DNA of 14,807 nt from a virus (Duplodnaviria > Heunggongvirae > Uroviricota > Caudoviricetes): IMG/VR virus record IMGVR_UViG_2634166457_000018, positions 1-14,807 of that record. One strand, 5' to 3'. A model generated the notes under the pieces. That model had not been told where the DNA came from. It did not search any database and saw only the letters and a list, made by a program, of their open reading frames with translations. A program made the position numbers and the translations under genes. Shown piece by piece: positions 1 through 7,215 of this stretch (within the stretch, counting starts at the first letter, position 1; the number at the start of each line of letters is the position of its first letter).

Positions 1-1174
1 TTACGGGGTTGCAGAAATCGCCGTTTTTCCATCGTATTCTGCAAGGTAAGAGCCGTAATGTCTGAACAGCATTTCCGGTCCTTTATGCCCCATCTGACCA
101 GCAAGCCAGAACAGGTTTACGCCCTGGCTAATGTGCCGAGTGGCGAACGTGTGGCGTGTCTGGTACGGATTGCGATAGCGTACACCAGCTTTTTTAAGGG
201 TTGGTCCCCAGGCTTTTTTTCGGATCGCATCTGCGTTTGCCCAAGGAGCGCGAGTTTTCGGATCGCTGAATATGAAGTCGCTCTTTAGCGCCGTGTAGGG
301 CTTTTGTGCCTGAAGAGCCGCCAGCGCTTCGCTGTTCAGTTGCACTTTGCGGGTGCCGGCTTTTGTTTTGGTGCTTTTGATTACCCCGACTACGCTTGCA
401 GTTTGAACATGCGCGGTGTTGCCGATGAAGTCTATATCCGTCCAGCGCAACGCGCACAATTCTGAGCTACGCAGTCCGGTATTAAAGGCAAAGCGAAACA
501 GATTTCGCCATTCCGGGTAATGACAGGCGTCATAGATTGCTGCCGTCTCCGCTGGTGTAAAGGGATCGACCTCGTAATCACCACTGCCTGGTGTGTTGTC
601 CAATACGTGATACCGGCTGGCGCTGACTAGCGTGACAGGATTTATTGTTAACAAACCATCGGTCACCGCTTCATCTATGGCGCTGCGCAGAAACGAAAGA
701 TTATTGCGGATCGTTTTCAGTTTTGTTTTTCTGCTGGCGATCCAGTTTTTTAGTACAGCAGGTGTCAGTTCTGATACATGAAATTTATGCAATGCTGACA
801 GCGCCGACAAGCATTTTTCATAACCTCTAATTGTCGATGGTGACAGGTTACGGTTCTGGCAGATAATCAGGTATTCATCCAGGTAAGATTTTATATTTTT
901 GTTTTTTTTTCACTCCCCCGAACAACTCCAGCTTTTGGGAGTTGGGGAAGTATTTTGCATATTCGAAGGTACCATCGATAATCTGATTTTTTATTTCTCC
1001 CAGCAGACGCTCGGCGTACTTCACACCGCGCGCGTTTACTTCCATTCTGGAGAGGGGCTCCCGACACAGAACCCCTTTATATGTAAAAGTGATAACCAGA
1101 GTGCTACCAGTTTTATGCTGCCGAATAGTTACTCCTCTAGGGAGAGATAATGATCCTTGTTCTTTCTTGCCCAT
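1..1174 (-). pseudogene. int: Tyrosine recombinase (phage integrase), apparently frameshifted: N-terminal piece 875..1174, catalytic C-terminal piece 1..810
   Basis: C-terminal ORF shows the tyrosine-recombinase catalytic pattern (HTFATRH ... LFRHYGSY). The N-terminal ORF is an arm-binding-like domain, probably starting at the internal ATG (MGKKEQ...) with SD GGAG upstream. The two pieces sit in different frames and join cleanly if one A is removed from the A9 run (plus-strand T9, 902-910). Confidence 0.8.
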
Positions 1175-1338
1175 TTTGTAATCTCCATTAAGTCGACCCA
1201 ACGTTCTTTAACTCCGTCGACTTTTAATACATGTACCCCTTCTTTCCATATTCCTCTTTGTATCCGTTTGTTAACGGCATCAACCGTTTCTCCCGCGTTG
1301 CGGCAGTAGGTTGATATAGGTACGCAATCCAGTCCCAC
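1129..1338 (-). CDS. xis: Excisionase-like small DNA-binding protein (69 aa)
   Basis: Small ORF immediately upstream of and overlapping the int 5' end, which is the usual xis position; GTG start preceded by GGTGA. Family assignment is by position and size, not by alignment. Confidence 0.5.
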   Translation of the reverse strand: MGLDCVPISTYCRNAGETVDAVNKRIQRGIWKEGVHVLKVDGVKERWVDLMEITKWARKNKDHYLSLEE

Positions 1339-1346
1339 AGTTCACC

Positions 1347-1493
1347 TCACACAACATTCAGTCCACGGCAGTGGCACCACACTTCAAACATTCGCCTCAC
1401 AACTTCACGACAGTAGAAGCCGTCAACGTCTCGCGTCAGGTCATAGCGATTGCCGTAACGCTGGCGTACCCATAGCTCAAATGCTTTATTCAT
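1347..1493 (-). CDS. Hypothetical small protein (48 aa, MNKAFELWVRQRYGNRYDL...)
   Basis: ORF not in the supplied track (below its size cutoff); ATG start with SD AAGGAA about 8 nt upstream, packed between the 80-aa gene and xis. Confidence 0.3.
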   Translation of the reverse strand: MNKAFELWVRQRYGNRYDLTRDVDGFYCREVVRRMFEVWCHCRGLNVV

Positions 1494-1496
1494 TCT

Positions 1497-1739
1497 CTAT
1501 TTCCTTTTCATGGCTCGTAATTTTTTCAGATGAGCTTCCTGCTCTGTTTCTGCCAGAATTTGTCGGTATTCTTGGTGATCGATCCGTTCAAACGATTCAT
1601 TAAAATCGCTTATTTTTACAGATTGTGTTCGCCCATCCATTCTTCTGTACAACACAGTGTTGTTTATGCAGCGAATAATTTTTATCGGGTAACCAGCACT
1701 ATCGGTGTATATCTGACCACGTTGAATCAGAGCGAACAT
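1497..1739 (-). CDS. Hypothetical phage protein (80 aa)
   Basis: ORF in the supplied track; SD AAGGAA upstream of ATG; sits in the minus-strand early-left operon. Confidence 0.55.
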   Translation of the reverse strand: MFALIQRGQIYTDSAGYPIKIIRCINNTVLYRRMDGRTQSVKISDFNESFERIDHQEYRQILAETEQEAHLKKLRAMKRK

Positions 1740-1743
1740 TCCT

Positions 1744-1830
1744 TTATCCCCAGCGGAAAAGCGAATACAGAATAAATGCCACCGCTATTGCAACTCCTAC
1801 TGCGGTGAATGCTTCAGGCCAATTCATCAT
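1744..1830 (-). CDS. Small hydrophobic peptide (28 aa, MMNWPEAFTAVGVAIAVAFILYSLFRWG), putative single-pass membrane peptide
   Basis: ATG overlaps the stop of the upstream 209-aa gene (ATGA overlap); SD GGAGGTGA upstream; hydrophobic core typical of a transmembrane helix. Confidence 0.3.
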   Translation of the reverse strand: MMNWPEAFTAVGVAIAVAFILYSLFRWG

Positions 1831-2456
1831 TTCACCTCCACGCCGATCCCGGCAATAACACAATCCCGTTTGATAGCTTCTTTCACCCAGCGTTTATAGG
1901 TTTCCGGATGGAATTTTGCGTTTTTTCCGGTACCGCTCCAGAATGCCTTTGATGTGATATCGAGCAGGGTGATGGTCAGGCCTTTCTTCTTGCTGCCTTC
2001 AGAACTTTTGCAAAAAGTTAATGCGTCGCGTAGTTCTTTAACACACGCATAGTTTTCTGCTTTCTCTGGGTCGCCGGTACGGTGTTCAGCTTCTTGTCTG
2101 CACCATTTGATGACTTTCTCTGCGGCTGCGTGGAGACGCTGACGTTGCCAGTCGTATGTGTCGACCAGCCCATATGCGTGATTCTTTGCTTTGCTTAATT
2201 CAGCGACGAGGCATTCGGAATCAATCAGATTATTTTCCGCAGCGGATAGTGCTTGTTTCAGTCGCTCGATTTCTTCAGCCATGTAATAGCCGGTTTTACT
2301 CCAGGTATCGACATCATCGTCACTCATATCCAGTTCCATCGACGCCATCAGAACGGCGTCGTGATAGTTCTGGCTACCGCAGGTGATTGCAACGGCGTAG
2401 GAGTCACTATTTTCGCGCTTATGGATAAGTACAACTGGGTTTTTGATCTTGCCCAT
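1827..2456 (-). CDS. Hypothetical phage protein (209 aa)
   Basis: Long ORF co-oriented with the early-left operon; no motif I can assign. Confidence 0.65.
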   Translation of the reverse strand: MGKIKNPVVLIHKRENSDSYAVAITCGSQNYHDAVLMASMELDMSDDDVDTWSKTGYYMAEEIERLKQALSAAENNLIDSECLVAELSKAKNHAYGLVDTYDWQRQRLHAAAEKVIKWCRQEAEHRTGDPEKAENYACVKELRDALTFCKSSEGSKKKGLTITLLDITSKAFWSGTGKNAKFHPETYKRWVKEAIKRDCVIAGIGVEVK

Positions 2457-2464
2457 CCCGCACC

Positions 2465-2560
2465 TCAGTAATTCATTAAAAATTTATATTCAATCAGCGC
2501 ACCGAAAACGACGGACGCCAGCAGCAGACCAAACAGCATGGACAGGAGGAATGACTTCAT
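2465..2560 (-). CDS. Small hydrophobic peptide (31 aa, MKSFLLSMLFGLLLASVVFGALIEYKFLMNY)
   Basis: ATGA overlap with the stop of the upstream 74-aa gene; SD GGGAGG 7 nt upstream; sequence resembles a signal peptide or transmembrane helix. Confidence 0.3.
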   Translation of the reverse strand: MKSFLLSMLFGLLLASVVFGALIEYKFLMNY

Positions 2561-2781
2561 CGCTTTGCCTCCCGCTGTACGATTTTGTAGGCGCGCAGGA
2601 TGTCGCGTGTTTTTCCTGACAACGATGACTTAACCCAGAAAAAGCCGCTGCGGTTTTCAGTGATCCCCGGTACATTAAACAGCACCGCATCAACAACGCG
2701 GTTATGCTTTCGCAATGTCAGGCAGGAACTGGTGATCACGGTGTTCGCTACGGCGCCATAGTCCTGGTATTGGATTTTCAT
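2557..2781 (-). CDS. Hypothetical phage protein (74 aa)
   Basis: ORF abuts the upstream gene (TAA immediately followed by ATG at 2781/2782), consistent with operon packing. Confidence 0.55.
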   Translation of the reverse strand: MKIQYQDYGAVANTVITSSCLTLRKHNRVVDAVLFNVPGITENRSGFFWVKSSLSGKTRDILRAYKIVQREAKR

Positions 2782-3120
2782 TTACATGTTCCCCATAACG
2801 GTATCGCTCATGTCGTTGACCATGCTCTGCCAGATTTCTTTGCCGCTTTGCGTCAGCTCGTTTCCACGAACGCATTTGCTTAACAGCTGAATACCAACGG
2901 CTTCCCATTGGGGGTAATTTTCTTTGATAGCCTTCAGAGCATAACCATCGATTAAGTCTCTGATGCCTTTAACCCCACCGATGATGTTTACTCGTATGGA
3001 TTGTCCATTGGCATTAATCATGAAATGATCGCCGCTGGTGGCGGATATGTGGTTGTGCAGTGCAGCCGCATACTGATTTGCCAGCGCATTGAGGCGGAAA
3101 TTTTGTGTAATGAGTGGCAT
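2782..3120 (-). CDS. Hypothetical phage protein (112 aa)
   Basis: ORF whose start overlaps the stop of the upstream 248-aa gene by 1 nt. Confidence 0.6.
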   Translation of the reverse strand: MPLITQNFRLNALANQYAAALHNHISATSGDHFMINANGQSIRVNIIGGVKGIRDLIDGYALKAIKENYPQWEAVGIQLLSKCVRGNELTQSGKEIWQSMVNDMSDTVMGNM

Positions 3121-3866
3121 TATTTACCCTCCCAACCAATCACCTGAAACAGCCCCATTTTCGGGTGATACCAGCGGGTACCGCGTGGCTCTGCCTCTGA
3201 CATCATCTGATGAAATGCTTTCATGAACGGCTCCAGCTCCACGATAGCCCGGCGCGAAAGAAGACCATCTGGCGTCATAAATTCGTGCGTATCGGTTGGG
3301 ATGCTGTAGGCATTGACCAGATTGCGGCACTTAGCATCAGTCATTCCGCTTTTGGCGACCACCTGGCGATAACCGACATATCCGGCGCGCATATTTCCGC
3401 GTTTGATGGTTTCCACCGCTTCTGTGACTGTTTCGAGCTGTTCTTCCACATGATTCAGGCGCTTCTGTTGACGAACAGCGTCGGCGGCTATCGCAGCGAT
3501 CATCTCGATTTCCGTTAGCGGTGTGCGAGTGCGGAAGTAGCTGTTAACCAGTTCGCGCTGAACCTGCCAGGCAAGGGCGTCATTGAATGACTTCGTCAAC
3601 ATCAGGTAACCTGATTCAAAAAGTACAATCCCCGATGGTGCAAATTTAGAGAATGTTCCTTCCGGGAGGTCCGTACGTATTACGTCCGCACCTAATTCGG
3701 CATAATCCACACCGCTGATGAAATGCTCACGGTTTCGGTTGAATGCTGCGCGCGCGGTTCCTTCCGGTCGCTGGTGGACTTCATCAATCATCGCCAGCGT
3801 CACAACACGCTGACCGCGATATTCGACTGCCGGAAGCTGTTTGTTATTGATCGTTACTATGTTCAT
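3120..3866 (-). CDS. ORF6N/KilA-N-like domain protein, putative phage antirepressor (248 aa)
   Basis: N-terminus (MNIVTINNKQLPAVEYRGQRVVTLAMIDEVHQRPEGTARAAFNRNREHFISGVDYAEL) fits my recollection of the ORF6N/KilA-N antirepressor-type domain; SD GAGGTGGA upstream of ATG. Family call from memory, not verified by search. Confidence 0.6.
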   Translation of the reverse strand: MNIVTINNKQLPAVEYRGQRVVTLAMIDEVHQRPEGTARAAFNRNREHFISGVDYAELGADVIRTDLPEGTFSKFAPSGIVLFESGYLMLTKSFNDALAWQVQRELVNSYFRTRTPLTEIEMIAAIAADAVRQQKRLNHVEEQLETVTEAVETIKRGNMRAGYVGYRQVVAKSGMTDAKCRNLVNAYSIPTDTHEFMTPDGLLSRRAIVELEPFMKAFHQMMSEAEPRGTRWYHPKMGLFQVIGWEGK

Positions 3867-3877
3867 TTTCGTCCACC

Positions 3878-4033
3878 TCAGTGCATAACCGGCATGTCTG
3901 GCATACCGTCTTTCTGAATCAGTTCAATGAAGCTGTCATGTAGTATGTTGAATCCCTCCCGGCCCATCGCTGACAGCCTGAATCCGCATTTCTCGTCAGT
4001 TACAACCATGTCCTGATACATACGCAGCGCCAT
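3878..4033 (-). CDS. Hypothetical small protein (51 aa, MALRMYQDMVVTDEKCGF...)
   Basis: ORF not in the supplied track; ATG 3 nt after the stop of the upstream 140-aa gene, so possible termination-reinitiation coupling; no strong SD. Confidence 0.3.
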   Translation of the reverse strand: MALRMYQDMVVTDEKCGFRLSAMGREGFNILHDSFIELIQKDGMPDMPVMH

Positions 4034-4036
4034 CTG

Positions 4037-4459
4037 CTAGCCAACGTCAGGCCCGTATTTTTCAATTGCGCACGCCTCGATATGGTTAGCGAGCGCGAAG
4101 CGCTCAGACCACGGATAAATGCTGATTGAACCGGGTTTTCCTGTGTATACAACGGCTGTATCTACGCCGCCCTTGTCATTCTGAACATCGACAGTCCCGT
4201 TCTTCTCCTGCTCCTCAGCAATGAACACGGCGACAACAAGCCAGCGCCATAGGATGATTTGTTTTTCAATACACGGCATAAACCAGCCGCTTTCAATCCC
4301 TTCCATAATGCAAGCTATCAGATCGAGCCCGTCCGGAATTCGTTTGTCATAGTTACCGTTGTCGATCTGGCGAACCGCAGTTGAATAACCAATAATTCGA
4401 TTACCAAAACGGATGCCTGTTAATGTAGGTTCAGGGGTAATGGTTGAATTAATCATCAA
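4037..4459 (-). CDS. Hypothetical phage protein (140 aa)
   Basis: ORF with SD AGGAG upstream of ATG. Confidence 0.65.
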   Translation of the reverse strand: MMINSTITPEPTLTGIRFGNRIIGYSTAVRQIDNGNYDKRIPDGLDLIACIMEGIESGWFMPCIEKQIILWRWLVVAVFIAEEQEKNGTVDVQNDKGGVDTAVVYTGKPGSISIYPWSERFALANHIEACAIEKYGPDVG

Positions 4460-4489
4460 TACTCTCCTTTTGGTTTGAAGGTTTATTGT

Positions 4490-4711
4490 TCATTTCCGGT
4501 CCTTAACTTTGCTGTATCGTTCATGGCTCATTACTTCCCAGTTCTGGCCGCCGTCTCGGGACAGCAGCCGCCAGCGGCGATTAACCCTCAGACTCAGGTT
4601 TCCGGAGCCGCGCATACGACAGGGATGAATTCGTCTGGCTCTGAACTGGCGGAGAACACGGACCGCCTGCAGGTGCACCCACTCAGGAATTCGTATTGCT
4701 GTTAATGTCAC
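4490..4711 (-). CDS. Uncertain ORF encoding an Arg-rich basic peptide (at most 73 aa; true start unclear)
   Basis: Only long minus-strand frame in the 4490-4680 gap; its 5' end overlaps the 69-aa gene by 29 nt; many rare Arg codons; an alternative plus-strand ORF (4475..4705) also exists. Coding status unresolved. Confidence 0.2.
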   Translation of the reverse strand: MTLTAIRIPEWVHLQAVRVLRQFRARRIHPCRMRGSGNLSLRVNRRWRLLSRDGGQNWEVMSHERYSKVKDRK

Positions 4712-4892
4712 CGATTTCCTCCAGATCAGGAGCGATTACCTGATATCCCGCTTTCTTTGCTATCCATAAGAAGGTATCCATGCTGGCAATCATCTCGTTA
4801 TTGTGAACTTTACGGGTATTTATTACCTGACCATTTTCAATCGTCATAATGAGCTGTACTTTTTCGTGTATAAGAGGGGATAAATCAGACAT
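4683..4892 (-). CDS. Hypothetical protein (69 aa)
   Basis: Strong SD GGAGGA upstream; start overlaps the stop of the upstream 119-aa gene (TGATG); lies in an AT-rich block. Confidence 0.55.
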   Translation of the reverse strand: MSDLSPLIHEKVQLIMTIENGQVINTRKVHNNEMIASMDTFLWIAKKAGYQVIAPDLEEIGDINSNTNS

Positions 4893-5251
4893 CAGTTAAT
4901 TCCTCCACTGATATATTTCTCTTTTACGTAGTCAACAACCTCTTTTAAAAGGCCGTCCACTATCAGTTTCCCTGATTCAGTGAGATATTCCGTGTGTTGA
5001 TTAATACCGATGGCATTCTGGTATGCGGTACGGATTGTTGCTTCTCCTTCCGTCCGTCCATATTCAACACGGGTAAGACCCTCAAATCGTAATAACAACT
5101 GGTTCATGAACTGTTCAGTTATTTCTATCGTTGTTATTTCTCCGTCCGGGAGGTCAACGACGAGCAGATTACTACCTGTTTTACGTTGCATCCGCCGGAG
5201 TGCCGCTGTTACCATGCGGCGACGATCTTTATAAATGGTTGTACATGCCAT
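4892..5251 (-). CDS. Hypothetical protein (119 aa)
   Basis: ORF in an AT-rich block, translationally coupled to the 69-aa gene downstream. Confidence 0.6.
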   Translation of the reverse strand: MACTTIYKDRRRMVTAALRRMQRKTGSNLLVVDLPDGEITTIEITEQFMNQLLLRFEGLTRVEYGRTEGEATIRTAYQNAIGINQHTEYLTESGKLIVDGLLKEVVDYVKEKYISGGIN

Positions 5252-5254
5252 TTG

Positions 5255-5353
5255 TTATTTCCCGTATGCTTTTCTGAGAAACAGTATTGCAACTGACCAG
5301 TATCCTGCATTAGCCATTAATAATGCGGTTTTATAAGCGTTTCTATTTTTCAT
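5255..5353 (-). CDS. Small hydrophobic peptide (32 aa, MKNRNAYKTALLMANAGYWSVAILFLRKAYGK)
   Basis: ORF not in the supplied track; SD GGTGA upstream; stop lies 3 nt before the start of the 119-aa gene. Confidence 0.3.
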   Translation of the reverse strand: MKNRNAYKTALLMANAGYWSVAILFLRKAYGK

Positions 5354-5435
5354 GCATCACCATTATTTTCTGGTTGTGGAAATCCACGACCAGAGGCCGT
5401 CATGTTTTTATGTGTGATTTTTTACTGAGTGTTCT

Positions 5436-5627
5436 TTATTCGTTGCGTAGTGTTTCTATATACTCGTAAGCCATTTCACAGGTCTTATTCATGGAGCGAA
5501 TGAGGCAGCATAAATAATCGTCTACCTCTCCTGAGTCGGGCGAATTCTTAAATATAAATTCAAGCATTGATGTATTCTCTTTTATTTGTGCTGCCACTTC
5601 CTCAAGAATATTTAATGGAGTTTTCAT
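5436..5627 (-). CDS. Small acidic protein (63 aa), third gene of the cI-adjacent cassette
   Basis: ATGA overlap with the stop of the upstream 63-aa gene; AT-rich; acidic composition (many D/E). Confidence 0.55.
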   Translation of the reverse strand: MKTPLNILEEVAAQIKENTSMLEFIFKNSPDSGEVDDYLCCLIRSMNKTCEMAYEYIETLRNE

Positions 5628-5815
5628 GTTCTTTGCTCCTTAAATGCATCGCATGCGCTTCTGGCGTATTGTTGTGCCAGTAAAAAGATATCATCCGAAA
5701 GTTCATCACATTCTTCATCACCGGAAGCCGAAATGATTAACCCCGCTTCAAGCAGTACGGCAATGTGATGAAAAGCTGTCTCCGGTTCGTTGGTAAGGCC
5801 CTTGAACATTTTCAT
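5624..5815 (-). CDS. Small acidic protein (63 aa, start at internal ATG: MKMFKGLTNEPETAF...), second gene of the cassette
   Basis: The track ORF 5624..5848 overlaps the upstream gene by 32 nt. The internal ATG at 5813-5815 has SD AGGAGG 9 nt upstream and lies 1 nt after the upstream stop, so is the likelier start. Confidence 0.5.
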   Translation of the reverse strand: MKMFKGLTNEPETAFHHIAVLLEAGLIISASGDEECDELSDDIFLLAQQYARSACDAFKEQRT

Positions 5816-5816
5816 C

Positions 5817-6245
5817 TTATGCTTCCTCCTGATTTTGTTTATAAGCATCAGTCAATAACAACATTGGATCACAGCCAAGAACATTAGCCAGAGGGATAAG
5901 CATGCTGATGGTTGGTTCGTACTCTCCGCTTTCCCACTGGATGATAATTTCTTCATCGAGATCGAGCAGCCTGGCGAGTTCGGCGGTTGTTAAGCCGCAG
6001 GCTTCGCGTTGGGTGCGGATTTTATTTGGTTGTTTGTTGATTATGTGATTATGTAATGGATAAGTAGCAGACAGGGCGTATTCATGAACAAACTCCATGA
6101 CTTCAAACCCCAATTCTTTAGAGCGATCACCATCAATTAAATGGAAAGTACGAGCAGCACCTACCAGATTTGCAATATTTAATGCAAAGGATTCTTTTTC
6201 GAAGTGGTTTAAGTTCGATATCTCAGTGGTTGTCAGATCTTTCAT
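5817..6245 (-). CDS. Two-domain protein with C-terminal XRE-type helix-turn-helix (142 aa), first gene of the cI-adjacent cassette
   Basis: C-terminal segment IRTQREACGLTTAELARLLDLDEEIIIQWESGEYEPTISMLIPLANVLGCDP fits the Cro/C1 (XRE) HTH pattern; the N-terminal 75 aa match nothing I recognise. Confidence 0.7.
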   Translation of the reverse strand: MKDLTTTEISNLNHFEKESFALNIANLVGAARTFHLIDGDRSKELGFEVMEFVHEYALSATYPLHNHIINKQPNKIRTQREACGLTTAELARLLDLDEEIIIQWESGEYEPTISMLIPLANVLGCDPMLLLTDAYKQNQEEA

Positions 6246-6391
6246 TGAATCACTATCAATTTAAAATTAACAATAAATCAAGTTAAAATTGATGGTGTGA
6301 TGTTAGATCTTGATTGATGGAATTGTCAAGAAAAAATTGATTTCTGCGTCTCTTTTACTTGATTTGTAAATTTTTCTTTAATAATCAATAA
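6246..6391. promoter_or_regulatory. Leftward promoter/operator region downstream of cI (PL/OL-like): sigma70-like promoter on the minus strand plus TTGAT-type operator repeats
   Basis: Minus-strand -35 TTGACA (plus coords 6324-6329), 18-nt spacer, -10 TAACAT (6300-6305); imperfect palindrome ATCAAGTTAAAATTGAT at 6277-6293 over the predicted transcript start; 13-mer TTTTACTTGATTT at 6353-6365 identical to one in the cI/cro intergenic region. Confidence 0.45.
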
Positions 6392-7081
6392 TTAACCAAA
6401 TCTATTTATATTGAATGGAACAGATGAGATTACCTTCGATTGGATATAAAGCAGCTCAAGAGCATCTTTTTCAATGCTCCAGGATTGGTAATTTGGGTTA
6501 TCAGATAACACCATGATTTTACTTCCTATCTTTTGTAATCTTTTGACGTAGCATTCACCATCAAAGCAAAAAGCATAAATGCCATCACCATCAAAGTAAT
6601 TCACTGTTTTATCGAGAAAAAGAAGATCTCCTGGGGCTATTGTTGGAGCCATACTATCTCCTCTTGCGTTACCAATCTCTATGTTTTGAAATGCTCTATT
6701 GCCAACAAGGCGACGGGCATATTCAGGATCAAGCTCGATTGAGCGAACTACATCGATAAAGTCCCCACGGACATGTGTTCCATCGCCGCAACTAAACTCA
6801 ACATCGAGCACGTTAAAGACCACACTGTCAGTTCTTGCTTGATGTTTTTCCTTTGAAGAGAACTGCCGTGACGTGATTTCTCCTAAAAACCACGATTGCG
6901 GATAACCACTTATTTCGGATAACTGGGCAAGCCGGTTTCCCCTTGGAAATGTTTTTCCTGTTGTCCAGTACTGTACGGACTGTGCGCTGACACCTAACTT
7001 TCGGGCCAGCTCTGCTTGGCTCCAGCCTTTCTCCTGTAGCAGCTTTGTAATTCGATTTTCAGTGCTCTTTAAGTTTTTCAT
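6392..7081 (-). CDS. cI: CI-type phage repressor (N-terminal HTH, C-terminal S24 LexA-like peptidase domain; 229 aa)
   Basis: N-terminal HTH (LLQEKGWSQAELARKLGVSAQSVQYW); C-terminal GDSMAPTI with downstream VKRL, matching the Ser/Lys dyad pattern of LexA/CI autopeptidases; divergent from a Cro-like gene; SD AAGGA upstream. Confidence 0.9.
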   Translation of the reverse strand: MKNLKSTENRITKLLQEKGWSQAELARKLGVSAQSVQYWTTGKTFPRGNRLAQLSEISGYPQSWFLGEITSRQFSSKEKHQARTDSVVFNVLDVEFSCGDGTHVRGDFIDVVRSIELDPEYARRLVGNRAFQNIEIGNARGDSMAPTIAPGDLLFLDKTVNYFDGDGIYAFCFDGECYVKRLQKIGSKIMVLSDNPNYQSWSIEKDALELLYIQSKVISSVPFNINRFG

Positions 7082-7215
7082 TGTTAATCCTTGCTGGTTA
7101 CTTGGTTTCGATAAATTTTTACTTGATTTTAGTGTATTCGATCTTTTGTGGACTTGTATGTTAATTTAAACTTGATGTAATCTTGAATTTATAAAGTTTA
7201 GATTGGTGGGTTGCG
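7082..7215. promoter_or_regulatory. Divergent cI/cro control region (OR with PRM/PR-like promoters) carrying repeated ACTTGAT-type operator motifs
   Basis: AT-rich 134-bp spacer between divergent repressor genes; repeats ACTTGGT (7099), ACTTGAT (7121, 7171), TCTTGAA (7181); 13-mer TTTTACTTGATTT at 7117-7129. Exact -35/-10 hexamers not confidently placed. Confidence 0.6.

Noticed and set aside
58-830. Plus-strand ORFs (58..288, 645..830) and the minus-strand out-of-frame ORF 194..457 overlapping the integrase
   Set aside because: Antisense or out-of-frame to a well-supported integrase catalytic domain; no RBS evidence; typical spurious frames inside a real gene.
899-1150. Plus-strand ORF 899..1150 across the integrase N-terminus
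   Set aside because: Antisense to the integrase arm-binding region; begins in the homopolymer; no support.
1342-1406. Direct repeats TCACCTCACACAAC / TCGCCTCACAAC upstream of xis, considered as integrase or Xis arm-type binding sites
   Set aside because: They lie upstream of xis rather than beyond the 3' end of int, where attP normally sits, and fall inside a plausible small coding ORF; too short and degenerate to call.
2156-2471. Plus-strand ORFs 2156..2386 and 2253..2471
   Set aside because: Antisense to the 209-aa minus-strand gene in a region where every supported gene is on the minus strand.
3210-3917. Plus-strand ORFs 3210..3518 and 3723..3917, and the minus-strand out-of-frame ORF 3124..3330
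   Set aside because: Overlap the ORF6N-like antirepressor gene in antisense or alternate frame; no start signals.
4475-4705. Plus-strand ORF 4475..4705 (TTG start, low-complexity Ala/Gln/Pro-rich product)
   Set aside because: Opposite to the strand used by every flanking gene, no SD, low-complexity product. The competing minus-strand frame is listed instead at low confidence; neither is secure.
7064-7073. boxA-like sequence TGCTCTTTAA, considered as an N-utilisation (nut) site
   Set aside because: It lies inside the first codons of cI on the non-transcribed side of both PL- and PR-like promoters, with no adjacent boxB hairpin; most likely a by-product of the MKNLKST coding sequence.
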